Shown here piece by piece: positions 51,300 through 64,000 of a stretch of DNA of 64,000 nt (position 1 is its first letter; every line of letters begins with the position of its first letter). The DNA comes from Azolla caroliniana (lineage: Eukaryota; Plantae; Polypodiophyta), in contig JBHGNT010000006.1 in the NCBI GenBank assembly GCA_043228905.1, forward strand, positions 23,126,001 through 23,190,000, given 5' to 3'. The notes under the pieces are model-generated. The model was not told the DNA's origin. It did no database searches and worked only from the letters and a program-made list of their open reading frames with translations. Position numbers and translations under genes: made by a program.

Positions 51300-54070
51300 C
51301 AATTATGACACAATCCCCAATATCTCAGAAATAGAAAAACGATCTCCATCTCTTATTTTGGATCAACCTGTGTAAATTGTGCAAACACTGACTATCTAGG
51401 TGTCAAATAACACCGTGATAAGACTTACCAAAATTGAGAAATGTAACCCCAAATCTGACAAGCAATCAGACATTGTATATAAATCGATGAGTACTATCTT
51501 CCATTTGAACAATGCAAAAAAACCAATTACCCGTTGCTAATCCACGACGCTTTAGAGCTAATCCCAAAGACAATCCTCTAATCAAAACTCTCCAAATTAA
51601 GACCTTAGATGATCAAATTTGTAAGATTTGCCACCACCCATGATCAAATTTGTGTATTCTCTATTCTTCTTTAGCCTTAGATGATAATCATCCAAGAGAC
51701 TAAACAAAGCAATGACACAAAAGATTAGTAGTCACTTGTAGCAACGACGCTTGACCCTTTAAACACCAATCAATCCACGGTTGTTCTCCTATTTGTAGAG
51801 GTAAGGGACCTTGCATCAATGGAATATTTTGTAGTTGTTGCCAAATAAACCGATAATTAGGTGGAATGCGTAATAATTATCACGCTTCAACAAACTCAAA
51901 AATTCTTTGAGATAAAGCCTCAACTATATCTCCCACCTCTTTGACCCCCAAACGATTAAATTGAGAGCGCAATCTCTCCTTTCCTAGCCAACATAATAAT
52001 CGAGAAGACACAATCAACTCTTTTTGCAAAGAATTACAATGCACTCTACTAGATGATGGTTTAGGGTGATGCACAAGATGTACAAAGAGTCAAGGGTGAT
52101 GAGCGAGGGTGGAATGTTATAATGTTGTTGATGCGTACGTGTAAATGTGTCTAAGTGTAATCGTGAGTGTGAGTACATACGTACGTGTGTGCATGTAGAC
52201 AAATACGAAGAGGTGTGAGTGAGTGTTAGTGTGAATGGCTAAGGGGGCTTGCACCCTTGTGTATCTACCCTTTTGTAACTCTTTTACCCCTTATGGGGAA
52301 TGAATGAAAATAAGGAATAGTTCTCTCTCAATCTTTCTCTTTTGTCATCTCTCTCTCTCTCTCTCTCTGTCTTCCTTCTCTCTCACGTTGAACCCCTTTG
52401 GGAGGGGGGTGGAGCCATTCTAGGCACCGCCCCCCACCCCACAATGCTTTTGAACATCTTCACCATCTCCATCCCCATAGCTACCCTATTATCATCATAA
52501 TCGTTATCCCTAACCCTAAACCATTAAGAGGTTTCCACACACATAAGAAGAGTGCTTCTTGCCATGCGGTAACCAAGTGTTGAACACATGTAGAACCCGG
52601 AATCCTAAGTGAAATACATCCATTTAGTAATTGTCACCATGAAGCCTTAATCGTTGTCCTCCCATGTGTTAAACCCTTGTTCTCAATGAAATATTGAACA
52701 ATAGATATACATGGTTGTGGGTTTGAACACATGTCTTGTAATAATGAAAATCTACGAGTCATCATATGTTTAGATAGCCTCAATATTCTAGTTCCCCCCA
52801 AGCGCTTAGGGGTTGCCAGATGATTCCACGCAACCCAAGTGATTCACATCTTATCCCTAGTCTTCCACAACAAATATTGAAGAGGTTGCAAAATAGAATG
52901 CAAAGCCTTCTTTGTCCATGGCAACAATGGCAAGTAATATAATATCATGGGTTCCATAATACATTGTACAACCTTCAAACGTACATGAAATGACCAATAT
53001 TGTGCCATCAAATACATGAACTTATTCCTCAACTTGCTAGACATCCACTCAATCAATTGACCATTTGTAACATTCATTCCTAATGCATGTCCCAAGTGTC
53101 AAAAAATAGAGTCTTTCTTCACCACAAATACTTGCCATCCTAAACATTCCAAATCCTTTTCAATACATGATATGAGACTAGACTTCCTCCAATTAATATG
53201 TAATCCGGAAGCCAATGCAAATTGGTTCCATACAAGCATCCCCTTCTCAAGATTTGCTCACGAGGCTTGTAGAAACATGAAAGAATCATCAACCAAAGCT
53301 TGTGCTACAAGTTGCCCTCCAGACGGAAGGTTTAGACCCACAATGTCACCATTTGTTGCAAACCTTGATAACATCACTAACAAGGGATGAGTAACAACAA
53401 CAAACAACAATGGACTAAGAGGGCATCCTTCATGAATGAATCTTGTGTGAAGGAAATATCTAATATAACTCCCCCATTAAGGATTACCGAGACACCGCAT
53501 CTTGTCCTAATAAAAATATGAGGTGAGACATGAGGTCCAAAGCACATTGTATGCATTAAACTAGAAACAAAGGAACAATGAACATGATCATAAGCTTTCT
53601 CCATATCTAATTGCACAATAATCAATTCTTGATGATTGTTTTGAGCATAATCCATGGCCATTTGAACATTCAACACATTATGCAATATATTCCTCCCTGC
53701 AACAAAACCATATTGGGCAGGATGTATCAACTTTGGAAAATACTTTTGTAATCTATTTGCCAAGACCTTTGTATCAACTCCACCATCAAAGAAATAAGTC
53801 TCCATTAATGAAATGATTTGGGAGATGTCACCTTTGGAACTATTTTGATTAGACGAACCTTCCAAGCTTGAGGCATATGACGAGAATCCCAAGAATGTTG
53901 AAACATCAAAGTTAAGGACCCCTTAAAAATGTTGGAATATCGCTTAAAAAATTCATTTGTTAAGCCATCCCAACCAGGGCTCTTAACACTCAGAGGATGC
54001 CTTAAAACTATGTCCACGTCATCCTCAGTGAAATCCGCATCCAATTCATGGCTAATGAGGTCATGTAGAA
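51300..54070 (-). mobile_element. L1-clade LINE ORF2 remnant (RT and zf-RVT-like end)
   Basis: KSPGWDGLTNEFFK, QYGFVAGRNI and LDMEKAYDHV, plus KVLIWRVLIRGL near 51570. Boundaries are approximate. Confidence 0.8.
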
Positions 54071-54253
54071 TGAATGTTCAATTCGGAGACGCCGAACCAA
54101 CAAAAGCCCCAGTGGAAGAGGCGCAAACACCGCGACAACAAGGGTGTTGAGAAAGGCCGCAAGAGCAGACAAGCCGATAGGAAGAGTCGAGGTGCGCGGA
54201 ATTGAACGGGTTGAGGAGCGCGAGCGAGGCGTGAAGCCAGGACAAGCTGGAAT

Positions 54254-57200
54254 GAAAATCCAAAAGAGAAGGCGGAACCTCAAGTTGAGCTTGAGGGGGA
54301 GTGTTGAGATACAAGCTCAACATTGGGTGCATAAACTGGTGCGTAAACTGGGTGAGCAACGAGAGGCCGTAGCGGTGCTCAAACCGGGAGGCCATTGGAT
54401 AGATATTCCGTGGAGGAATATATTCTTGGGACTTAGTGTAAGGGCTCATTGATGAGCATTGAAGTACGACGTGTCAGTACTTCTGTCAGTTTGTATGGAC
54501 TTGTATAAAAGTGCTCTCTAAGCACATCCTATGTATAGAGTTTTTTAGAGTATTATTTTGGAATAGAGTTTTTTGTGTTCTGCTCTCTCTGTCTCTCCCG
54601 CGTACGTTGTGTTGATTAAGCTTTCCATTAGACTAGCACTTGATGACATGTAGATGTGGTAAGCTCAACTTGTGCAGAAAAAACTCTACTCACTGGACTC
54701 GATGAAATGGAACTAGGACTATGAACTAGCTCTATAGATCTAGGACAGTCCAACCAAATGGCTCCTATTTTGCCTGGACTTACTCGTTTAACACATCCTC
54801 TAATTGACTCAAGACATCGAATCTATTCTCATGTCATGGACTATTAGGCTTACTTATGTTATTAGAAGTAACAATGGAACTCGAATTAGGGATGTCATGT
54901 GCACTTACTTGGTATAATTGACGTCTAGCCTTATGTGGACAATTCACGACTATATGTCCTGGACTGCCACAATATAGGCAAAGGCGGTGTGCTCGACATT
55001 GTTGTTTCTTAGCATTTGATAAAGGCCCTCGACTTTGTGTTGACTCTATTTCCATCAGAGTTGGGCCATCTGTTGTAATGGATCTGGACACTTGTGGAGG
55101 CGTTGTGACTATAGAAGCATATGTTTGTTCTTGTTGGCGGCGTAATATTTGTGGGCGCTCAGAACTTCGCTCAAATAGGTGATTATCACATTGCACGACT
55201 CGACTAATGGCCTCATTAAGAGACTTCGAGTCTTCGTGGAAAGTAAGAAGAAGATCTTTGACATTATTACGCAAACCTTGACAGAATTGATCCATTAAGT
55301 CCACCTCATCCCAAGGATATCGCATGCCAAAAGATGAAAATCTGTTGCATAAGCTTACGTGAGACGATCTCTTTGTCGAAGACTTTGAATCTTGTTTATC
55401 ACCGTCCTAGTGTTGTTGGTGTCTCCAAAACTAGCTTGAAAATCCTTAACAAATGCCTCAACATCCTTAAGCAACGGTGATTTCTTCTCTCGAAGTGGTG
55501 CAAACCATGCTAATGTCATACCACATAGCAATGCAATGTTCCCACTAATCCCACATGGGTAGCATCAGTTGGATACCGATTAGGATGTAACTGAATAACC
55601 AAACAGACTTGATTCAAAAGCCTCGAAATAAAGACCTCCTACCATCAAACTTGGTAGGGAGGCTAATCTTTGATTCTCGAGGGGAGTTTTGAGCCCCAAC
55701 CGCTTGTTCTTGTAATGACAATATAGTAGCCTCGAGTTGGTGAACCCGTTGTCGTGCCTTTCGATGCCCGATCATTGCGCTCGGACACCGTCATCATGTT
55801 GTTAGCCTCTTGCTGATTCTCCATCTCCTTGCGACCCGTTTTCATGCCGGGTTCACCAAATGTGTCATGCCTTTCGGCGCTGGATAGTTGTGTGAGTCGG
55901 TGGGAATCGCTGGGATTTTCAACTAGGAGGAGGAAGAATTTGAAATGAGTCTAATTATGAATATATTGCAAGAAAGAGAGATAGGCAACTCGTGAATTCC
56001 ACGAGTATAATATATTAATCAATACTTAGAAAAGGATATGAATTTAGATTGAAAGACATTAATAGATAGAAAACATCATGAATGCCCACGAATATAATAT
56101 ATTAATCAACCCTTATGAAGGAAAATCAAGCCCCTTACAATTCGCCCACGACCCCTATATAGTGATGGGAGAGACCAAGTATATAGTAATCCATGCTTTT
56201 CTTAACTATAGACCTCATGCTTTTTTCCTTCTAATAACAATGTTGATGCACGTGAGATACATGCATGAATTGCTTTTTCGATCATTCGTTTTCTTTTGAT
56301 TAAAGTTTTATGCACTCTACGTGTAAAAGTAGCTTTTCCTAAAAATTATACATAAAATAATCTTTGTATGTGGGATATCTACTTGTCTAACACTCATGAT
56401 GTGTTAGTATAATGGTAAAGCTATAGCTCATTAACATGGAGGTATAGGGTTTGAATCCTACCGTATGCATGTAACATACATTTTAATATTTTCTTCGGTT
56501 TCTTCATATTTATCCAATTAGTTATTGTATACGTTTTTCAGGTACTGTACAAATTACACTACGACACCATTGTGGTAACTCTTCATATTGTTCAGCTTTC
56601 TCGGTACTCATTTTTTGTAGGTCTACAAGTAGCCTTTGATTTTCATGCTCTAATGCCACAAATTTATTTGTGAGCATGTCGAGCTCAGAAAGAACACGCA
56701 TACATTCTTGTTTGCTTAGGACTCCATAACTTACGAGGGAGGAGAAGAAGAAGAGAACTTGTTGAAGAGGGAGAAATGAAAACTTGGTTCAAACTGTCAA
56801 GACAGAGAGAGAGAGAGAGAGAGAGAATCGAAAACAAAATATTGTAGTGCACTTGTCATGATATAGCATGGTATGGCATTAAAAGGATTCAAACCCATTA
56901 CCTAGTGTCACATGGGTTGAAGCCTACCATTCAGCTATACATTATAATACAAAAAATATTGGTTTCATTTATTATTTCACTATAGAAAATTGGTGTATAT
57001 TCCAAATTTCTTTAGAACATTCTAGAAACTTCAGGTGTATGAAAAGAGGCACAAGGCATTATTTCGAATCAATTCGGTTCAACGCCAGTCTTAAGCCTCC
57101 TAGCTATTCTTGTACTTACCTCATATAATATATCACATGTTATCATCTCTCTCTCCCTCTCATTAGTCTTACACATTCCCTTCCTCTTAGTACTAATCCT

Positions 57201-58295
57201 TAGTACTTTCCTTCCCTAGTGCTAATTCGGAACATCAGTTCTAGATGCCAAGGACAAGATCAGAGCCCACCTACACCTCAGTTGTAGCAAAACCTTTTCG
57301 AAGGGAGTCATATAATGCGTCTCTAACAAATTCTCCTACAAATATAAACCAAATAGTTGCTAGTACTAATTGTACTAAACCCGACTCTATTTCAGTACGA
57401 ATATCTAATAGTACTAATAGTACTAATAGCCCAAGTCTATTGAACAAATTTAATGTCCTTAGTAAGTTAGAAGAAGAGTTAAACAACTAGGCCCAGCCAA
57501 AATAGGAGTCGTTTGGTTGGACAGTCATAGATTGGTGCAGCCCATTAGTGGTTCCATTCTCTATAAGCAAGTTAGCAATAAGTTCTTAGCTGAAGTAACA
57601 GTTAGTACTAAAAGTACCACTCTAGTACATATCTTAGCACTCTTAGATTGTGGAGCTAATTCTTGCTTCTGTCATGAACACATGACCATTATGGCGTCAC
57701 CTGGACTTGAACCTCGAACCTTGCAATTCATACTTGAAAACCTCAACCATTAAGATAGCTTATTGTTATATGAAACAATAAAAGCTACTTCTTATATTAC
57801 ATTGATTACTGTAAAAACTCTAGATTATTCTAGAATGTTCTAGAATGTCCTAGAGCATTCTAGGTCTAGAACATTCTAGAACATTCTAGAAATCTCTAAG
57901 CTATTCTATAGGAACCTATAAATAAGCGCATACATGTATTCTCAAATCAATTCGAATCAACACCAGTCTTTAGCTCTCATTACATATCTTGTATCCATTC
58001 TCTTTCTTTCTCTATCTTATACATCCATTCTTCTCTATCCTTCTTCCATCACTCTATCTTTTATCCTTGGTTCTGACAGTTTCATGGATAGGAATTTTGC
58101 GCAAGCTCATCAGATATCCCTAAGAAAACTTCCCTGCCCAACATCTGTAGTAGTCATTGATGATCGTCCCATTGCTTTTGGAAATATCATAGAAGAGTCA
58201 GAGCCAATAAGTATTGTCTTAGATAAATTGGCTGGTGTGGAATCGTTTAATATAATTAGTAGCTCAAAACATCCCATTGTTTTGGGGTTACAATG
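54254..58295. repeat. Third copy of the duplicated block
   Basis: Near-identical to 19593-22590 and 4920-5570. Confidence 0.9.
57670..58078 (+). mobile_element. Solo LTR
   Basis: TGTCA...TGACA ends, TSD GCTTC/GTTTC. Absent from the paralogous protease at about 5355. Confidence 0.88.
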
Positions 58296-61146
58296 AGGAG
58301 ATACGAAGATGGGGAAGTTGAGGAGATACGAAGATCGAGAAGTTGATGACAATGAGTAAAAATATCTATTCCATGTTTGGTGTTGATCTCCTTGATGTTA
58401 ACAAGGGAGATCAACCCTTTTTATACATGTAGTGATGCATGATAAGCATGCTCATGCCAAGTCTTACATACTATAATATCAAGCATACTAATTCTTGCAT
58501 GCCAAGTCTTACATACTATAATATCAAGCATACTAATTCTTGCATGCCAAGTCTTAGATACTCAGTCTTACATATTGGGTCTTACATACCAAGTCTTACA
58601 TACTAGGTCTTACATACCACTCTTTATACAAAGGTTTGAAGTCTAAAGTTTTTCTAGGAGAAATATATATACAAGGGCCTAAAGTGCACATTCGATTCCA
58701 TGGTCATGACATTATCCTCCCCTTACGTGCAGACTTCAAGAAGGTGTGGGTTTGTGAGGATATCAGAGATGAAAATCATGAACCACTTCTGAGGCATTTA
58801 GTAAATTTCTAGCAGGCTCCCATGTAGCCTCAGAGATGGGATATCCTTTCCACAATACCAGATACTGGAGCTTTCATCGGCTCTTGCACGAGTCCAGAAT
58901 GGTCTCGACTTCATACTCCTCCCCAGTCGCCAAAGCCACAGGGGGAGGTGGCTCGATGCTTCTTCCTGGAATTGAGGATGGATGATGGAGCTCAAGAAGT
59001 GATGCTTGGAAGACATTGTGAATTCGGTAGTGTGATGGAAGAGCAAGACGGAAAGCCACACTGTTGACTTTATCAATGATGTAGAATGGCCCAAACTTTT
59101 TGTAAACAAGTTTGTGGCATGGGCAAGTTGTCGGAATATGCCGACGTAATAGCCATACCATGTCACCGACTTTAAAATCAGGTGCAACCTGTCGATGTTG
59201 ATCAACCTTCTCTTTGTGTCATTCTTGAGCAATTGAGAGTTCTAGGGATAGGTCATGATGCACATCTTTCATCAGACGAGCTCGTTCTTCAGCAAATGGA
59301 TTCACAGAAACAACAGGGATAACTATACTAAAGCGTGGGTGGAATCCATAATTTGCGAAGAAGAGTGTTACACTAGTTGATGTGTGGAGAGTATTGTTGT
59401 AGGCGAACACAACCATTGGAAGAAATTTGATCCAATCATCTTGTTGATAACTTATCATACATCGGAGATATTGCTCTAAGATCTTATTTACTCGTTTCGT
59501 TTGGCCGTCTATCTCAGGATGGAAGGCTGTCGAAAATTTTGTGGAAGTTCCAACAGTCTGGATGAGGCGCTTCCAGAAATGAGACATAAATTGGGGACCA
59601 CGATCAAAGATAATGTCATCCGGTAAACCATGAACGTGCACAATATTTGTTAACAATAGATATGTTGTTTCCATCCCTGAAATTGCTTTAGAACATCGTA
59701 TAAAATGTGCCATCTTTGTGAATCTATCCACTACGACTAATACTGAATTGAATCCCTCAATGTCGGAAAGCTCGGTAATAAAATCCGTCGAGATGGAGGC
59801 CCATGGCCTACTTGGAATTGGCAAAGGTTGAAGTAGACCCTAGGGACGATGATGTACTACTTTGGCGCGGGCACATGTATCACATGTTTTCACAAATTGT
59901 TTAACAAGTTTCCAAGGTTGTGGCCACCAATAAATTCTAGAGATTAACTCCAAAGTTTTTGCAACACCAAAATGTCCAACTAGGGAGTCATCATGACATT
60001 CCTACATGATACGGATACGACAAGGACCATCTGAGACATACATTAAGTTGTTCCGAAAAAGAAAACCATCTCGAAACATAAATTGTTCTTGACTATTCCG
60101 TACCTCCTTTATGGTTGATCTGTTGACTCGATTATCCATAATTTCTTTTGCAAATTTGTCGGTGTTAGTATCTGTGGCTACTGCATTGAGTAATGATTTC
60201 TCTGCACCAATAGAAGCCGCAAAGACTTGAATCTGATGTGGTTGTAGGAGACAACGTGATTGTTGATTGTAGGTGTGATCTCTTGGTCGAATTTTGAACT
60301 CCAAACGTCGAGATAGGGCATCGTCTTTACCATGTTGGCCAATGGGACGAAAAACAATTTGAAAGTCATAGTCAGCCAACAAGGTCGACCATTGCGCTTG
60401 CCTCCGGTTCAAAATGCAAGTAGTGGTGAAGTAGATGAGGTTCTTGTGATCGGTCACCACTTGGACACGGTGTTGGGCACCTGCTAAGTAAGGACGCCAT
60501 TCTTCAAAGGCTGCAATAATGGCAGAGAGTTCTCTGTCATAATTTGGGTAGTTGATCTCAGGAGGTGTGAACTTCCGAGAAAAAAAGGCAACAGGATGAA
60601 GAATCCCATTGTTATCTGATCGAGAGAGAATGGCACAGATGGCGAAGTCAGAGCCATCAATTTCGATCGTAAATGGTTTGGTCAGATCTGGGTGTAGAAG
60701 TACCGGAGCCGAGGTAAAAGCTCTTTTTAGTGTCTCAAATGCTAGTTGGGTTGTGGGAGTCCAACGAAAAGGGAAATCCTTTCGAGTGAGTGCTATAGGT
60801 GGTTGCGCCAATGTAGAGAATCCTTGAATGAATCGACGATAGAAGTTGGCAAAACCCAAAAATGATTGCACATACTTGACCCTGGTGGGGACATCCCACT
60901 GTTGAACCGTTTCGACTTTCTTCTCACCCATAGTGATACCATAAGATGAAATGACATACCCGATGAATTCAACTGAGGTTCGATCAAACTCACACTTTTC
61001 GGGTTTCGCATAAAGTCCATGTTCCCGAAGTTTGGTCAAGATAAGTCGAACGTGCTTGGTGTGCTCTATGTAGTCCTGTGAGAAGATAAGTATGTCGTTG
61101 AGATAGATGACCACAAATTGGTCCAGAAATTCTCGGAAGATGCATT
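58296..61146 (-). mobile_element. Gypsy chromovirus copy (3' LTR to RT), interrupted by copia
   Basis: Collinear with 5600-8375. LTR to 58711, PPT, chromodomain EYEVETILDS, integrase, RNase H and RT. Confidence 0.9.
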
Positions 61147-61810
61147 TGTTGGGATTACGGTCCCTTCTGATGGGATGGTCGGATGTCGGATGATGAAGAC
61201 CCCGGTTACGGAGCCGGATGATGAAGACCCCGGTTACGGAGCCGGATGCTGAAGAACCCGGTTACGGAGCCGGATGACGAAGACCCCGGTTACGGAGCCG
61301 GATGCTGAAGACCCCGGTTACGGAGCCGGATGACGGATGTACCCGGAGAGAGATCCGGATGCGGGGACATATTTGTGAATATGTTTGCTAAGAGCCCTTG
61401 AGGCTATATTTGTAAATAGCCCGAAAGTCATATGTGTATAAATATGACTTAGGGCAAACAATTTATGTTGTTGCTCATTTTTCTGTTTTCACTTAGAGGG
61501 AGTGAAGAGAGCAGCCAGAGAGAGAGGGAGAGAGAGAGAGACGAAGAGGTCGTTGCCTCTGTGTATTGCCGCCGCCTGTGGCGAAGACAGTGAGCACAAG
61601 GTTGTTGCCTTGTAGCTTCACCATTGTACATCCCTGTTCATAGTGATCGTTGGAGTCTGAGAACTCCCGTGGTTTTTTCCCATTTAGGGTTTTTCCACGT
61701 AAAATACTCTGTGTACTCTCTCTTTCTATTGTCTCGTGCATTCTGTATTTCCTGTTTTCCAAGTGTTGATCCTATTCCTCGGTTGTGGCCGAGCACTGTG
61801 TTTTTCATCA
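61147..61810 (+). repeat. Copia 5' LTR with about 5 copies of a 28-bp repeat
   Basis: TGTTGG...CATCA ends, followed by PBS TGGTATCAGAGC at 61813-61824. Confidence 0.92.
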
Positions 61811-61840
61811 AGTGGTATCAGAGCGACGGTAACACAGAAA

Positions 61841-64000
61841 ATGGAAGGCGGCGGTGGTGGGCCTCCGGGCATGATGGTGTTGAACTCACAGAACACTACG
61901 CCGACTGGAAGATAAAGATGGAAGACCTTCTCATCGTCCGAGACCTGTACGAACCGATCGACAATGCCGAGATACCCAAGGGGGTAATAGAGTCGGAATG
62001 GAAGCTCCTGAACCGGAAAGCCGTAGCGACGATCCGGCAATATGTCGATGTAAGCGTTCTACAACATGTGGCGAATGACACCAACGCATATGAGATGTGG
62101 AAGAAGCTGTCGGGCCTCTACGAGAGGAAGAATGCGTTGAACCGGACCTCCCTGAAGAGGAAGATAGTGAACCTCAAGTACCGGGACGGCGAAAGTATGG
62201 TGGAACACGTAAGCACGTTCATGGGATTCGTGAACCAGCTTGCGGCGATCAAGTTCCCGTTGGAGGATGCAATGCAAGCCATCATCCTGATGTGTACATT
62301 GCCGGAAAGCTGGGAGAACTTGGTGGTGACTCTCAGCACCTCCTGCACGGAAGATAACTTGTCCCTACAAACGGTAAAGACAAGTATTTTGAACGAAGAA
62401 GCGCGTCGGAGAGATAAAGAACCGGCCTCCGACTCGAAGGCGCTGCTTACCGAATCGGAACGGGGAAGACAATGGAACCGGAGTCCGCAAAGACGGGAGA
62501 AGTCGGGGACCCGGTCGCAGTCAAGAGGAAGACCCACATGCTTCCACTGTGGGAAGCCGGGGCACTTCCGGAAGAATTGTCGGCATTACCGAAAAGACAA
62601 CGGAGCCGACGACACCGATTCGAAGAAGTCACCGGAGAGAAACGGTGCATACTGGGGAGCCACGGACCGGAGAGGTCCGGATCGGCGAGGGCAGGACCGG
62701 AAAGGAACGACGGCACTCGCGGCAAGTGAGGAAGAAATCATGCTCATCACCGAAGAAGGTGAACTAAACATTGCCGGCGATGAGACGACCTGGGTGGTCG
62801 ATTCCGGAGCGTCGTTCCACCTGACCCCGGAAAGAAGATACTTCTCATCCTACACAGCCGGTGAGCATGGCTGTGTTCGGATGGGAAATGAAGGTACGTG
62901 CCGGATTGCCGGCATAGGAGACGTGTGGTTGACAACCTCGACCGGATGCAAAATGCTGCTGAAGGATGTTCGACACGTTCCGGAGGTTCGATTGAACCTG
63001 ATTTCGGCCGGGAGGCTAGACGATGAAGGCTACGCGGGTAGCATCCGGAACGGTGTCATGAAGTTCAGCAAAGGGAGCCTGATAGTGGCTCGGGCCCGGA
63101 AGATCAACACACTGTACCTGATGAATTCCCGGCTATGTCCGGAGGAGCTGAACGTGGCAGCTGACACTGCCGGTGAGCTGTGGCACAAAAGACTGTGCCA
63201 CATGAGTGAGAAGGGGATGAAGAGGCTTGCAGAAGACAACCTTATTCTAGTGAAGCATGTGCACCTGGAGAAGTGCACCGATTGCCTGGCCGGTAAGCAG
63301 AACCGAACCTCCTTCCACTCAAGGCCACCGACGAGACGTAGCGCACCATTGGAGTTGGTGCATACTGATGTGTGTCAGGTAGAAACGAAGTCACATGGCG
63401 GAGCCCAGTACTTCGTAACATTCATTGATGATCACAGCCGGAAGCTGTGGTCGGCACCGTTGAAGACAAAGGACCAAGTGTTGTGCGTCTTCAAAGAACT
63501 CCACGCGAGAGTTGAAAGGGAATCCGGCAAGCAGCTGAAAGCGATACGAGCGGATAACGGAGGGGAATACCGGGGGCAGTTCCAGGAGTACTGTCGCTCG
63601 AAGGGAATCCGGCTCGAGTTTACTGTGCCGAAGACGCCGGAACTGAATGGGCTGGCCGAGAGGATGAACCGGACCATAATGGAGAGGGTCCGGAGTATGC
63701 TGGCGCATGCGAAATTACCCAAGGGGTTTTGGGCTGAGGCAATGTCGACGGCGACATACGTGATAAACAGATCACCCTCAGTACCTTTGGACGGAGACAC
63801 GCCGCAGAAAGTGTGGACCGGTAAGGAAGTGTCCTACCGGCATCTGAAGGTGTTCGGGTGTCTCGCATACGTGCATGTGGCAAAGGACCGGAGAGGAAAG
63901 CTAGATCCAAAGACCCGGCCATGCATATTCCTCGGTTACGGCGATGACGAGTTCGGCTACCGAGTATGGGACCCGGTCGACAAGAAGATATTCCGGAGTC
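61841..64000 (+). CDS. Copia gag-pol (gag, CCHC knuckle, protease, integrase), runs off the window
   Basis: Frame from ATG 61918 appears open to the window end: CFHCGKPGHFRKNC, WVVDSGAS, LWHKRLCH, HTDVC and TPELNGLAERMN. An apparent 2-bp insertion near 61894 puts ATG 61841 out of frame. Confidence 0.9.

Noticed and set aside
61896-63922. Numerous short ORFs on both strands
   Set aside because: Shadow frames of the GC-rich copia polyprotein, which the track missed because it has no stop in the window.

Overview
Eukaryotic, repeat-dense plant DNA. A non-seed land plant such as a fern or lycophyte is likely, inferred from the self-priming chromoviruses and a CYP71-clan-like P450 remnant. Most of the window is nested, decayed Ty1/copia and Ty3/gypsy LTR elements, two LINEs and a locally triplicated block. 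The standout is a cut-and-paste DNA transposon family present as two distinct members, 11200-19570 (nearly intact) and 36743-47610 (decayed). Each has AACAC-terminated TIRs and a 4-bp TSD. Each carries a Sola-like DDD transposase and, divergently, a spliced gene fusing a ParB-like segment to a prokaryote-type beta-class amino (N6A/N4C) DNA methyltransferase. In copy 1 this gene reconstructs by hand to six exons and 699 aa without stops, and its first intron holds 12 near-perfect palindromes (43-bp full unit). Separately, five unrelated LTR families carry an antisense tRNA-like A-box/B-box module near the start of the LTR. All family assignments come from motif recognition, not database searches.
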